IMG/VR virus record: IMGVR_UViG_3300031788_000005
Location: 1 to 64,000 of that record
Length of the DNA stretch: 64,000 bases
DNA from: a virus
Strand: one strand, 5' to 3'
Shown: positions 11,110 to 22,335 of the stretch, one piece after another
Layout of the letters: each line of letters opens with the position of its first letter
How positions within the stretch are numbered: the first letter of the stretch is position 1
Made by a program: the position numbers and the translations under genes
Notes under the pieces: model-generated
What the model saw: the letters and a program-made list of their open reading frames with translations, nothing else
What the model was told of the DNA's origin: nothing
Databases searched by the model: none

Positions 11110-11343
11110 TTAAAAATTGTATTCAAGCATCCTATTTAAAATGCCCACATCTTCAATCCTAGCTTCTAGTCTTAAAGAGACGCTATTTCCCCAGACTGAC
11201 CAGATACCATTTGTTTGCGAACATAAACCCGCAGATAATACCTTTTTGCCGTTGGCTATTTTGTTGTGTTCTATAAATGGCGAAAACACAATAGGAACTT
11301 CCAAATCCTTTTCAAGGACGACAATGTATTTAGCTTTTTTCAT
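11110..11343 (-). CDS. hypothetical phage protein
   Basis: KYIV...PIVFS..IEH...SAG...WGNSVSL. Confidence 0.6.
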   Translation of the reverse strand: MKKAKYIVVLEKDLEVPIVFSPFIEHNKIANGKKVLSAGLCSQTNGIWSVWGNSVSLRLEARIEDVGILNRMLEYNF

Positions 11344-11897
11344 ATCCCTATATTATCCTGTTTGCCAAGAATGTCAAGACTTTCTTTTAACTGATTTTCC
11401 ACCCGCGCATACAATTCGTCGTTCGCGCCCTTTAAACCCTTCATAACCACAGTCTTTTCGCGCAGATAGACGCGAGCGAAGTTGGGGTCATGTTCGACGA
11501 TAGATTTCGTATTGGAAAAAAGGTCTGCCATTTTGATTAGCTTACTCTCGTTTGAAATCGTAGCAATCCTAGCCGCTTCCTGCGCCTTACGCCATGCGCG
11601 GTTTTGATTAGGAAAAATTTCTGATGTATAAAAGTCAGTTAGTTCTTCAACAAACTCGGTAACACGGCCACCAAATCTTTCGTAAATGTCTAATACTAAG
11701 ACCTTTGTATCTTCAAGCAGGTCATGATGAATCGCCGCTATAATTACGTCTTCATCGTCCGTATATTCAGAAACGATTTCTGCGACTTCGAGAGGGTGAA
11801 AAATATAAGATTCGCCAGTATACTTTCTTACTTGTCCAGCGTGAGCTAGTCTAGCGAAATCTTTGGCTTCAATCAGTCTGTTGCTCCAATTAATCAT
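11340..11897 (-). CDS. Mesh1/SpoT-like HD-domain (p)ppNpp hydrolase
   Basis: FA..AHAGQVRKYTGESYIFHP.EVA...AAIHHDLLEDT...LIKMAD..SN. Confidence 0.88.
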   Translation of the reverse strand: MINWSNRLIEAKDFARLAHAGQVRKYTGESYIFHPLEVAEIVSEYTDDEDVIIAAIHHDLLEDTKVLVLDIYERFGGRVTEFVEELTDFYTSEIFPNQNRAWRKAQEAARIATISNESKLIKMADLFSNTKSIVEHDPNFARVYLREKTVVMKGLKGANDELYARVENQLKESLDILGKQDNIGI

Positions 11898-12057
11898 GTT
11901 TTTAATTTATCAGAATAGTCGTCTTTTGTCAAGGGGGATTAACACAAATGTTTCCAAACCTGTCTCTCAACAAATTCCCGTTGTTCGTTAAGCCAGTCTA
12001 ATTCTTCTTGAGACAACTGCCTGAGATTCTTGCCGTTGAGCTAATCCCCGATAAAAT

Positions 12058-12363
12058 TTAACAAATTGGCTCACTCAACCACCTAAACAATTCCTTCTCA
12101 GTTTCAAAAACAAACGCCTTTCGTGTATCGGAATCTTCACCAATCCACCTCATAACTTCTTTCATTGAGAGTCTATGCATCCAGCTATTACAATGACTTA
12201 CGCCACTAGACGCCACCATCACATTATAAATGTCAAGACCGTATTCCATGCACTGTACCCACCCCTTATCATTGTAAATAATGACACCGACAATACTATC
12301 GTATTTGACTTGTTTAGGTTCGATGAACCCTTGGGGGGATTTGTTAAATATTACTTGTTTCAT
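12058..12363 (-). CDS. hypothetical protein, paralog of 5392-5679
   Basis: MKQVIFNKSPQ...FVFETEKELFRWLSE. Confidence 0.65.
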   Translation of the reverse strand: MKQVIFNKSPQGFIEPKQVKYDSIVGVIIYNDKGWVQCMEYGLDIYNVMVASSGVSHCNSWMHRLSMKEVMRWIGEDSDTRKAFVFETEKELFRWLSEPIC

Positions 12364-12396
12364 ATATAAAAAGATTAACAGAATTATCGGTTATTG

Positions 12397-12825
12397 TCAA
12401 GAGTTCTCAGAAAAAATCTTTTCGTCCGGTCGAACACCTTCAATGCTTCCGAAAGAGTATTCGAAAATACTATTATTTACACTACGAAAACTCTCTTTTT
12501 CAATAGCCTCATAGTCGGCGTTCGCAAGTGCAATAGCTTCGTTCTTGAAACCATCTTTCTTACCTTTAAACTTGGCGGGGACAGTATCCCACAACTCCAT
12601 AATACGGAGAGTAAATAGATACTTCTTCAACTGTTTTAGGGTAGACCAACATACAACAATATTATCCCCAACATAGGGAGGATTTTCCCCACTTAATAGT
12701 GATGTAGCACCCCAATTACCCATACTAACCCATTGATTATAAGCATCTTCCGGCGTATTCCCCTCAAGAAAAACTTTTATGCTGGAACCGAAGTTTTGGA
12801 AACTAATTTTACAATTTTTATTCAT
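12397..12825 (-). CDS. hypothetical protein
   Basis: 142-aa ORF with own promoter. Confidence 0.65.
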   Translation of the reverse strand: MNKNCKISFQNFGSSIKVFLEGNTPEDAYNQWVSMGNWGATSLLSGENPPYVGDNIVVCWSTLKQLKKYLFTLRIMELWDTVPAKFKGKKDGFKNEAIALANADYEAIEKESFRSVNNSIFEYSFGSIEGVRPDEKIFSENS

Positions 12826-13476
12826 GTGATTACTTTATCAGATACGGAGTTAGAAGTCAACTAAATTTTACTACAATGTTAGATTTCAAACACTAATCTG
12901 ATGGAAGTTAATACAAATTTTTCGTGGCTCAATAGCTATAATATTATTATCAAGCAACATGTCACACAATCTCGTATCAGGAATTTCATAAGATAAATCA
13001 AATACTAGCGCCTTACAATATTCTCCATGACCACTTTTGGAAATCAAAATTCCAAATAAATAGCCACCATTAGTTGAACCATTTTCGGAACAGAACTGAA
13101 ACCATTTTCCCTCACCGAGATGCGCCAATTTTTGTTCATAATTATTCGTTGTTGTCGTTACATAGGCACGGAATCCCTTCAAAGAGATGTTTTTGATGCA
13201 TCATTGAGACATTAGCCTTACTTGGCTTAGGAAATGGAGACCGTTTTGAAACATGGATATACTTAGTTTTAACGATACGACGAGCCTGAAAACTTCCCTT
13301 GGAAGAATTGTGGTATCCCTTACTCGGTACCTCCACACTAACCGAACCTTCCTTACTGAGAATTTTCCGCAACCGTGTTTGATTTTTGTTCATTTTGTTT
13401 TTTTTTTTTGTTTTATTGTTAACCGATATACAGACTCTACCAGAACAGGAACAGATTGTCAATACTTATTTTGAGA

Positions 13477-13572
13477 ACTGGCGTAACCCACAGGAATTCA
13501 CTTACTTGTGAGGCGTATTAATGAGCCACGAAGGAACATAAACCATGGGCCGGAATCCCTTTTTACGCCAGT
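13477..13572 (-). ncRNA. putative structured ncRNA D
   Basis: Perfect 10-bp terminal helix ACTGGCGTAA/TTACGCCAGT; inner GGGATTC/GAATTCC and two hairpins; strand assumed from neighbours. Confidence 0.45.
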
Positions 13573-13576
13573 CAAA

Positions 13577-13996
13577 TTAGACCGTCAAAATCTTTCCCCC
13601 GACAATTTTAGACTTCAAGAATTTCTTGAAAGTGTGAGCGTCGTCATTATCGAAACCACAAATATATTCTGATTTTTCTTCTGTTACGTCTAAGTTTCTC
13701 CAAGTTGGGCGAGAACCGTCCGACTTGTCATAAACAAATTCTACCGTCTTGATAATAGCGACGGGGAAAACATCCTTGTCACGTACTTGGATAAGAGACA
13801 AATAACCATCATTCCCAATAAAATTATTAATTTCTTGTAGGCTTGTTTTCTTTTTAAGATTAGTATTGACTAGTTCGATAATATCATGCGGACAACTCTC
13901 GCCAACCCACGCGGTAAAGATTTCGAATTCCCGCACAGAAAGGTCGAGTACTACTGAGTGGGGCTGGCCGTTTGTTTTGTTTACTTTAATTTTCAT
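13577..13996 (-). CDS. protein with C-terminal WYL/Sm-like domain
   Basis: EFVYDKSDG..TWR.L......YICGFD....FKKFLKSKI. Confidence 0.5.
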   Translation of the reverse strand: MKIKVNKTNGQPHSVVLDLSVREFEIFTAWVGESCPHDIIELVNTNLKKKTSLQEINNFIGNDGYLSLIQVRDKDVFPVAIIKTVEFVYDKSDGSRPTWRNLDVTEEKSEYICGFDNDDAHTFKKFLKSKIVGGKILTV

Positions 13997-14549
13997 ATGT
14001 TTATATTAGTTGATTTTGCGTTGAAAGTCAAGATTTTTATTCAATTTTACTCAAATTTGTAATTTTCATATTAATGATTGCCAAAAAGTCCCGCTTCAAA
14101 ATAGATATAAAAAAGGAAAGCGAATATAAAAATCGTACATACCACACCCGCAAAACCCTGTGCTTGTGGTTCGACCTTGTCTCTGCCGTAAATATCTCTG
14201 TGTAAAGTAAGGAAGAAATTAATTACAAGTAAGGATGCAATAAAAATTTGATAGTCGTTCATGTTTTTATTTATTATTTCAGTTGAAAAACCAACTAAAT
14301 GTGTGTTTAATAATCGTTAATGTAACTTCATGACAGACTAACCATTTAGCCCACGCAAGTGGACAAAAAAGGAAATCTACAATTGCCCATCCTATTGAAC
14401 CATGGATGGTATAACCAATCATAGCGGTCAACACACAGAAAATGGTATAAAGAAGACCATTACCACCTACCCTAACTGATACTTTGTTTTTGCTCATATG
14501 TTTTGTTGTTTTAATCGTGTCTTTATCTTAAATTATTATTCGACTAAAG

Positions 14550-14900
14550 TCAAGGAATTTCTTGAATTATCGCATATAAATGTTCCGGCGCGGGATTGAA
14601 GTATTTGTAAAGTGCAGGACAAAGCCAGCCCACTATAGCCAACTGCTTGCATTCGTACCAATTACCGCCGCCTTCATCATTAATCCATTCCAAATGTAGG
14701 TCATAGGATGGCAACAATGTGGGAGAAACCAACAAAGCAATACCTTTGTCTGTATTTTTGATTTTCTTTTTTTCCACCACGGAATTAATCATTTCTGGAA
14801 TACCACACACAAATGGTTCTGCAACCAAACCAACATTTGGGTCGTCAAAAACCCAAGTACCGTGCTTAAGATATGGTTTTAGAGCAATAATGGAATTCAT
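14550..14900 (-). CDS. DUF6717-like protein
   Basis: PY...GTWVFDDP.VGLVAEPFVCGIPEMI...GWLCPALYKYF. Confidence 0.7.
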   Translation of the reverse strand: MNSIIALKPYLKHGTWVFDDPNVGLVAEPFVCGIPEMINSVVEKKKIKNTDKGIALLVSPTLLPSYDLHLEWINDEGGGNWYECKQLAIVGWLCPALYKYFNPAPEHLYAIIQEIP

Positions 14901-16645
14901 GAAAAAAGAGACAATTTTGTAAATAGGGTCATTGTGAACCTGTAATGAGTTTAATTAAGAACACTACTACCGTAACCTTCCTCATGGCGAGGATACTTAA
15001 AGGTATCAAAATTATTAAGGAAATAATCGGGATTTTCGTACCGAGATTGGGTGTTTTGATTCACTGTATCAGTAAACCACTTAAAAAGTTGGGATTCGTG
15101 TTCGACATCATTAGAGATGATGTCACGCTCGCTATTTGAGAGCAAATCCCAAAATTTCTCAAACATTCTCTTTTGAATTGTCTGATAGTGTGTCATATTA
15201 CAATTCGGTTACAACAACCTTGTTCGCCGCCGCCGCCGTTTCCTCTGGCACCGTTGCGATGACAGGAACTTCGGTTAGGTTACTAACGCGGTCAGTAACT
15301 AGGTTTGTCGCGCCCAATGACTCAAGTTGCTTGCGTGAAAACAAGAACTTAAATGTTGGGTTGTTGTTGATTTTGGCTGCGTCTGCCAGCGTCAATGCTG
15401 AGTAAGAGAAGCTGCCTTTTGTCCTGCCTTGATGATGTGTTTTATTTTTCATATAATACTAATTTATCAGAGTCTTCTATTTAAGTCAAGTTATTTTTAT
15501 TTATTTTTATTCCAAAATCCATTTAGCCATTTCAAGGCCGGAATCAAAGATTCGCGCAAGTAGCGGGAATGTGGGTTTTTTTTGCTTAATGACGGGAATA
15601 TTACTTTGTGTTTTAATCATATTATTCAGCAGTTAAAGTTACACTAGTTCCAGCGGGTAGGATTTCCCATGTTTTTGTGTCAGTTACGTCCACCCAGTCA
15701 TCGGAATAATGCCCAATTTTATAAGACTTAGAATTAAAAACAACTGTTCCAGTATTTTTGTTAATGAACAAAACCACACTTTCATAGTGTTTGGAGTTAG
15801 CCAATAATGGAAAAATCGGGTATTTGGCTTTTGTTGTTTTTTTAAGTGTTGTTTTAATCATAAAATTATACAGTTACTTCAATGTGTGAATTACTCATAA
15901 CACGGAACATTTCATTTGCTCCACTCTGGTCGCCTTTTGGAAAGTCAGTCAGACGACCGTCGGCATGTAAAACGAGATTGGTCTGGTCAGGACGCACGAT
16001 TAAATACTTATAATAACGCTTGGGCGCACCCAACCTTTCATAAATCCCCTCGCTAGATAGAGCTTCATAAAAGGATACTGTGGCTTTTTGCGGTGATTCT
16101 GTGATTTTGAATTTCATTATTTTTTTTATTTGTTAATTACGATAATTAGAGATTATCGGATATGTCACATAAAGTCAAGGAGTTTTTATTACTTTATCCA
16201 ATAGATTACTTTATCGTTAAACATTGTGAATTTGACCTCTTTTGCGCCCTTGGCAATGTAATCGCGCTTGATTTCGGCTAAAATTGTCCTATCCTTAGTA
16301 TCGCCAGCCTGAGTAAAACCCTAAGCGAGCATTTTATAGGGTGGGATGTATTCGATTGTGGGTGATTTAAATGTGTTAAATTTGGCTTTCGAGGCAACCA
16401 ACTTATCAATAAAGACTTTTAAATTAATGGGTTCATCTTCCCAATATGCCTCTTCTTCATCTTCGCCGAAAGCGGTAATTGTGAAATTTTCTGACGGCTG
16501 AAAAACCAAAAGCTCGCCCCAATGAGTTTTGCATAGTAAAGATTGGTAGTGTTTACCTACCTGTTTACCGTTTAAGTCTTCTATGCGATATTGTACTACG
16601 TTAGCACTTGTCATATTTTTACTATGGCAGACTATGCCATAAAAG

Positions 16646-17629
16646 TCAAGAAATTAATTCAAGTTCCCTTAAATACTGAATCCCTTGTCCAGTAATAACT
16701 CTCCCTTTACCTTGTTGTGTTTCAATGAGTGAATGTTCCATAAGAATCATTTCATAGTCTTGTTGTAATGCAGTTTTAGACAGGCCAGTTTTTGATACTA
16801 AGCTATTTAATGATGAACCATTTGGATGACCTTGAAGGATTTTTAGAATATCTATTTCTTGACGCCGAAGCCCCAATGGATGGATAGAAAGAATGTTTTT
16901 AAGGTCTTCCCATTGAGCTTTACCAAAGGTTCCTGTATTATTAAGATAGGTTTTAATTTCCGCTGCCATATCTACCGCTTGACGGGCATTTTGCCTGACA
17001 GTCGAAGCGATTTCTAATAGAACGTCTTCAATATAAGAGATTTTGGGAGAAGCTTTTTTAATAATATTAGCCAAATCCTCTAGTGAATAGGACTCCAAAT
17101 CGATACGTTTTAAACGGTCTTTAAGGGGAACAGAAACCTTTTCAACATTGGTTGTGGCAAATAAAAAAGTATTGAGTTTAAAGCAAATATCAATAGAAAA
17201 ATCATCGACTACTAGAGAATTGCGATTTTCAGTATTGGGATTCAATAGAGAAAGCAAATTAAACTCAACATCTGATGCTAATTCAGAGCATTCATCAATG
17301 AAGCATGTCGATGGTTTTCCCACGCAATGAGGAATGAGTACTGAATTCATAAACCAACGGAAGTTCTTAATGTTGGCGGCATTAATATAAATCCAGCTTT
17401 TCTTTTTGAAATCTCCATTTTCTTTTTTTAAGGGCACTCCGTGTTCGTCATACTCAATAAGATTCCTGCCTACTTCAGTAGCGATGTGACTCTTGCCAAT
17501 TCCTTTCGCACCAGAAAACAAAAGGTTGGGCATAATTTTAGTTTGGTAGTACGAACGTAAATAAAAATCGAGACGGCGCTTGGCTTCATTTTGGCCAACA
17601 ACAGAATCGAACATTGGAGTATTAGTCAT
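16646..17629 (-). CDS. ruvB: RuvB-like Holliday junction branch-migration AAA+ ATPase
   Basis: FDSVVGQ, Walker A GAKGIGKS, Walker B FIDE, ATT...PLKDR, C-terminal winged helix with GRVIT..G. Confidence 0.85.
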   Translation of the reverse strand: MTNTPMFDSVVGQNEAKRRLDFYLRSYYQTKIMPNLLFSGAKGIGKSHIATEVGRNLIEYDEHGVPLKKENGDFKKKSWIYINAANIKNFRWFMNSVLIPHCVGKPSTCFIDECSELASDVEFNLLSLLNPNTENRNSLVVDDFSIDICFKLNTFLFATTNVEKVSVPLKDRLKRIDLESYSLEDLANIIKKASPKISYIEDVLLEIASTVRQNARQAVDMAAEIKTYLNNTGTFGKAQWEDLKNILSIHPLGLRRQEIDILKILQGHPNGSSLNSLVSKTGLSKTALQQDYEMILMEHSLIETQQGKGRVITGQGIQYLRELELIS

Positions 17630-17635
17630 ATTTAA

Positions 17636-17664
17636 ACTCTAACAGAGATTATCCGCGAAGTCAA
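17636..17664 (-). promoter_or_regulatory. sigma70-type promoter of ruvB (leaderless)
   Basis: TTGACT-N17-TAGAGT-TTAAAT-ATG. Confidence 0.7.
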
Positions 17665-17667
17665 GTC

Positions 17668-18192
17668 TTATCCGCCGCGATGTTTCCAGAATTTGTCCAC
17701 CAAAACTTCATAGGCGTCTTTTTTATTATTCGCTACGCCGTAGGGGTTTTCGAGAGAATGACAAATAGCAAAGTCATTTTCGGGGCACATCAATTTAACA
17801 CTACCACCATTTAGTTCCTCAGACACAAGTGGAGTCTGGCAGAAGGGACATGTAAATTCGGTTTCCTCTTTAAGAGAACGTACTTCTACCTTTTCCTGCT
17901 TAATTTCAGTAATGGGGACGGTTTCAAACACTTGTTTGATTTCTGATTTTTCTTCAATAATAGGCGCTACTTCTGCTTTTGGGGTAACAATTGGATTTGC
18001 GCCGGAATACACCGAGTAAAGTACTGTCGGTTTCCCGCGTCCACCCGCCGAACGCTTTCCAGTTGGCACAATCTTACCTTCATCGCGCAGAGCCTTAAAT
18101 TCGGGATAGACCTGTAGAGGCGTTTTACCGTTTAGGGCGGCGAATTCGGCTTGGCTAAATTGACTATCAGGGAACTTAAGTGTTTCATTCAT
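17668..18192 (-). CDS. putative winged-helix plus Zn-ribbon protein
   Basis: N-terminal ...GRGKPTVLY wing; CPFC...C...C. Confidence 0.5.
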   Translation of the reverse strand: MNETLKFPDSQFSQAEFAALNGKTPLQVYPEFKALRDEGKIVPTGKRSAGGRGKPTVLYSVYSGANPIVTPKAEVAPIIEEKSEIKQVFETVPITEIKQEKVEVRSLKEETEFTCPFCQTPLVSEELNGGSVKLMCPENDFAICHSLENPYGVANNKKDAYEVLVDKFWKHRGG

Positions 18193-19228
18193 AGGAATTT
18201 TGTTTTAGGACTTTCTTTATTGGTTTCAAATCTACCATTACCGCTCTAAATGCCGTATCAGGATGGACACAACCATCAATTATACCTTGTAAAACATTAG
18301 ACATTTTGTATTTTGTTTCACTAGTAAATCGAAATTTTCTTTAGTAAAAGGAATTGAATTCATATTAGAAATATACCAGAGATATAATTAAAAGTCAATA
18401 TCTATTTATTATTTTTATATTTGGGTATATGCAATTCTTTAAATGTATCCATAGTTTTTAAAAGATGAGTTATTTTATTAGTATCTCCCATGGAATTCAT
18501 TAAATAATCTTCGGCGGCTTCTGCCATGACCGAACCAGCCTGAAAAAGTTCCGAATACATTTGCTGACATGCGGCTAATTTCAATTTTAAGCCAATAATT
18601 TCGTTAGGTAAAGGATTTTGTTTCATGAAATATTCCTAAAAAACAATTTCGTCCTATCTCGCCACATTCCATCTTCAAATTCGGCATCATAATCTATCGT
18701 AAATTCGACACCGCAATTGCTGCAACGACAATCCTCGTTTTTATCAGATAGACAGTCACTGGGAATTTTAATGTTATCCCCGCAAGATGGACAATCATAA
18801 GTCTTTATCTTCATGGTGTTGTTCTTTTTTAAAAAATCAACTAGTTCTTTCTTTGGGTTGTCTATTTATCAGATTTAAAATTAAACCAGTTCCGCATTCT
18901 TTTAGAGCGTTAACTGCTTCTGTATAAGCATCGTATTGAATTTTTTGAATTTCTAGTAGTCTTCCAGTTTTTCCCAATTTGCAAAATTGTTTTTCAATTA
19001 ATTCTTCGTCCCATTCTTGAGGAGTTTTCATAAATTATTTCACCACTTCCCATTCCAACGCATCAGTCAGATTCTCACAGAATAGCGGGAAAACTTGTTG
19101 GCTATCCAAGGATTTCTTACCCCATACTCCGCGCTCCCATTGTGAAGACCATATATATGTCTTTCCGTCAACAGGATAGATAAACTTTATTCCACCCAAA
19201 TCTGCGTCTTCCGGCAAATCTTTAATTT

Positions 19229-19591
19229 TCATAGTTTTTTCCAATGAGTTACCTTATCCCAAGTACCTTGTTCAAAACCCTTAATAATCCAGTCATAAAC
19301 ATACCAATTTTCGAGTTTACCCCAATGAGTGGTATATACGAGACCACTACCCTTTTCGCTAGAAGTTTTCATCCACACTTGAATTTCAGTTCCATCCTTG
19401 GGCGCGATGCTGATGGGTGCCCATTCTGTGTTCCATTTAAATTCCGCGTAAGCAATTGCTTTTTCTAAAGCATCTTCCATGGCGGGAACACCTAAATCCG
19501 CCCATTGGTCAGTGGGCCACTTTCCACAGATTGTAGAAATAGCCTTGTTGAGTTGTGTGCCGAGTTCGGCGATTAATTTTTGTTCTTCCAT
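19229..19591 (-). CDS. protein with DUF551-like C-terminus
   Basis: W.PISIAPKDGTEI...VTHW; start moved to promoter-proximal ATG. Confidence 0.55.
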   Translation of the reverse strand: MEEQKLIAELGTQLNKAISTICGKWPTDQWADLGVPAMEDALEKAIAYAEFKWNTEWAPISIAPKDGTEIQVWMKTSSEKGSGLVYTTHWGKLENWYVYDWIIKGFEQGTWDKVTHWKKL

Positions 19592-19741
19592 ATTCCCAAA
19601 TTTACCAGAACGTTCTCCCGAAGTCAAGATAAATTAAAAACAAGTTTGCCATGCTTTTGCGAATGTAATCTCAGAAGGTCTTCCACCAAACAGGCCGCGT
19701 GTTCGGGTAATAGATGCGAGAAAAACCTAACTCCCAAGCCA

Positions 19742-20089
19742 TTATACAGGCTTTTGGTCTGCTTTGGGGTTAGTTGGATTTGGTTTTTTTTGCTCATTTT
19801 TCTTTCTTTCCTTGGCGATATAGGCGTCATAATCAGCTTCGCTTTTCTCTACGACTTCTTGGATAAAGTGCCTAACATCATCAAAATCCATAACCTCGCC
19901 CCTAGAGTTTATTTTATTAGGCTTGGTAAGGTTTTCTTTAAGAATTTCGCGCTCTTCTGGTGGAATGGCGTTAAACACCAGTTCATAAGTAGATTTATAA
20001 AAATCTGAGAGAAGCTTGGGCTTCTCGGGTTTGGGCGTGATTGCAGGTGTTTCTTTAGTTTTTGGTTGAGTTTCTTGCTTTTGTGACAT
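19742..20089 (-). CDS. hypothetical protein
   Basis: 115-aa ORF with own promoter. Confidence 0.6.
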   Translation of the reverse strand: MSQKQETQPKTKETPAITPKPEKPKLLSDFYKSTYELVFNAIPPEEREILKENLTKPNKINSRGEVMDFDDVRHFIQEVVEKSEADYDAYIAKERKKNEQKKPNPTNPKADQKPV

Positions 20090-20170
20090 ATTTATATCCT
20101 AATAGAATTTTCGTTTAAAGTCAACAAAAATTTCACAGTATTGGCAACCTAGAAAAACACAACAAAAACA

Positions 20171-20503
20171 TCAAAGGAGGCCGTGTTCTTTCTCCCACTC
20201 TTTGCGCCACTTCCTCCGAAGTTTGCACACAATCTTCCACATTGCCACACCCACAACTCGTTCTAGTTTAATTACTTGTTTCTCTGTTAATGTAGGGTGA
20301 GTCAAGTGGCCAACTATCTCATGAAATCCCGAGAGGAATAATTCACGGTCATTTTGTCGTATACTAATTTCTGCTGTATGGTCGTAACCCGTTGCGAGTC
20401 CCATTAAATAGCGTTGCCCGTATTTTTTTGCTAAATCCGCATAAATAATTCTAGGCTTTTTAATGATTACCCGCGAATTTAAATGTTTAGGCATCTTAAC
20501 CAT
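20171..20503 (-). CDS. hypothetical protein, possible zincin-like (FHEIVGH)
   Basis: ORF preceded by GTGTAAT motif. Confidence 0.45.
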   Translation of the reverse strand: MVKMPKHLNSRVIIKKPRIIYADLAKKYGQRYLMGLATGYDHTAEISIRQNDRELFLSGFHEIVGHLTHPTLTEKQVIKLERVVGVAMWKIVCKLRRKWRKEWEKEHGLL

Positions 20504-21326
20504 AATTACACCATACAACAAGTTTGGTTAATTATTTTCTATTAATTTCCCAAACAACAAAACCACATACCAAAGCTCCAATAAATAATCCCAAGTAATA
20601 TGACCAAATAGAACATTCACTCATATATATTAATCGCTATACTCTTTGTCCCAGAGGGAAATTTTTGGCGGTTTTTTAATATTTTTTTCTTTGTTTAAGA
20701 CATTTCTTACAGGTCACTCTATCCCATCTATTACTTGTTTGAACAAGGATATAGCGATTAATAGCGTTAGAATATTTATAAAGTCCTATCCGGCACTGAG
20801 TTTCTCCCCAAGTTGGACAAGTTTTATGGATTATTTTCTTAATAAATTAGCACGGCTTTCCGCAGTTGGGGCAAATAGCTCTTCCAGAACGAGTTACATT
20901 TACTTTACAGTTACATCGCGGACACAGCCCAAAGAAAAGCCATACGCCGCGCTTAAGATATTGTTTCTTATAATGCCACCAATTACCCGTGAGGATAATA
21001 AATGAAGCACTAGAAACAATAATAAAAATTAGTAAATATTTCATTATTTATTGCCCTTCCTACATTCCATAATGGTGCCATATACCATAATGGCAACCAC
21101 AATATAGACCCATGAGTTATTAAACATAAAATTAATATATCAGAGTATTCGAGTCATTTCAACTCTAATCTCGTCCATTGACCGCAATCACTACAACTAA
21201 CTGTCTTTTCTGAAGTTTTCATATTTTGAAAATTTTTATTGGCGCATACTGGACAAACCCACCAAACTTCAATTGGTTTAGAAATATAAGGATTAATTAC
21301 GATTGTTTTGTTGGTTTTTTCCATAA

Positions 21327-21590
21327 TTATTCTTGGTATAAAATTTTTCCGTGGTTTTTACAAGATTCATTCCATTCTTTTCGACGTTGTATCTCGATTT
21401 TTGCTTCATCTAAAGATTTAAGAAAGTTTTCTTGTTGTTGTTTGTTTGGCGAAAATATATCTATATCTGATAATTCTTCGCTTCCATTAAACCATCTTCG
21501 AATTGCGCCACCACAAATGAATACCCCAAATTGAGGTTCAATTGGCGGCTTAGTGCCACGCATATCATCAGTTTTAAGTTGTATAATCAT
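21327..21590 (-). pseudogene. truncated nucleotidyltransferase head domain (CCA-adding/poly(A) polymerase-like)
   Basis: VFICGGAIRRWF....SDIDIF signature in only 87 aa. Confidence 0.5.
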
Positions 21591-22120
21591 TTCCTATCCT
21601 CGTCTAAAATCATCCCACTCACTGAGCCACCACTACTTTCCATGTACTGAAATTTAGCTTCGGGGTATTGTTTAATCAATTCTTTATACCTATAGTAGTT
21701 GCCCAGTGTCGGCTTTTCATCTTTGTAAACAACATCAGTCATAACCCCCATCCAATAACCATTCTTGGGGAATTCCCTACCCTTCGACAAGACGACAAAA
21801 GTATACAACTTATCCCGAACGTCCACGCCAGTGTCACTGAACAAAGCATCACTATTACTATGCCAGCCGCCATGAAGTTCAAAAGTCGTTCCGTCTACCA
21901 AAGGAAACGACAATGTGGCACCACCAAATCCAGCCATACTATCTTTGGAATTAGAAGTATTTTTGGGGTTATTAGTAACATACACATTCGACGCCGCGTC
22001 ATCTTCGGTCGAAACTAACCAAGTATTACCACTTTTGCCGATATACTTGTTGTATTTGTGGGAGACGGCTTCGGCTTGTCCTGAGAACGCTCCCTGAGAT
22101 TTAATTGTATAATCGCTCAT
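21587..22120 (-). CDS. hypothetical phage protein (GFGG...GGWHSNSDAL)
   Basis: ORF track; start moved to MSDY after the promoter. Confidence 0.65.
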   Translation of the reverse strand: MSDYTIKSQGAFSGQAEAVSHKYNKYIGKSGNTWLVSTEDDAASNVYVTNNPKNTSNSKDSMAGFGGATLSFPLVDGTTFELHGGWHSNSDALFSDTGVDVRDKLYTFVVLSKGREFPKNGYWMGVMTDVVYKDEKPTLGNYYRYKELIKQYPEAKFQYMESSGGSVSGMILDEDRK

Positions 22121-22152
22121 ATAAGTAACATTACCACGTTTTGATTTGGAAG

Positions 22153-22335
22153 TCAAGCACCAAAAAATTCATCTTGGCATTTTTGGCACAAACCACTCAG
22201 CTTTAATTCTTTAAGAGACAATTCGTCTCGAAAGGTCGTGGCATCAATCGGCATAAGACAGAAGGGGCATTTACCGCTTTCAACATCCTTGACTTGTTGG
22301 TCGAATCCGGCAGATTTCATTATTTGTTTGTTCAT
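22153..22335 (-). CDS. small Cys4 Zn-binding protein
   Basis: CPFC...FRDELS.KE..LSGLCQKCQD. Confidence 0.6.
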   Translation of the reverse strand: MNKQIMKSAGFDQQVKDVESGKCPFCLMPIDATTFRDELSLKELKLSGLCQKCQDEFFGA

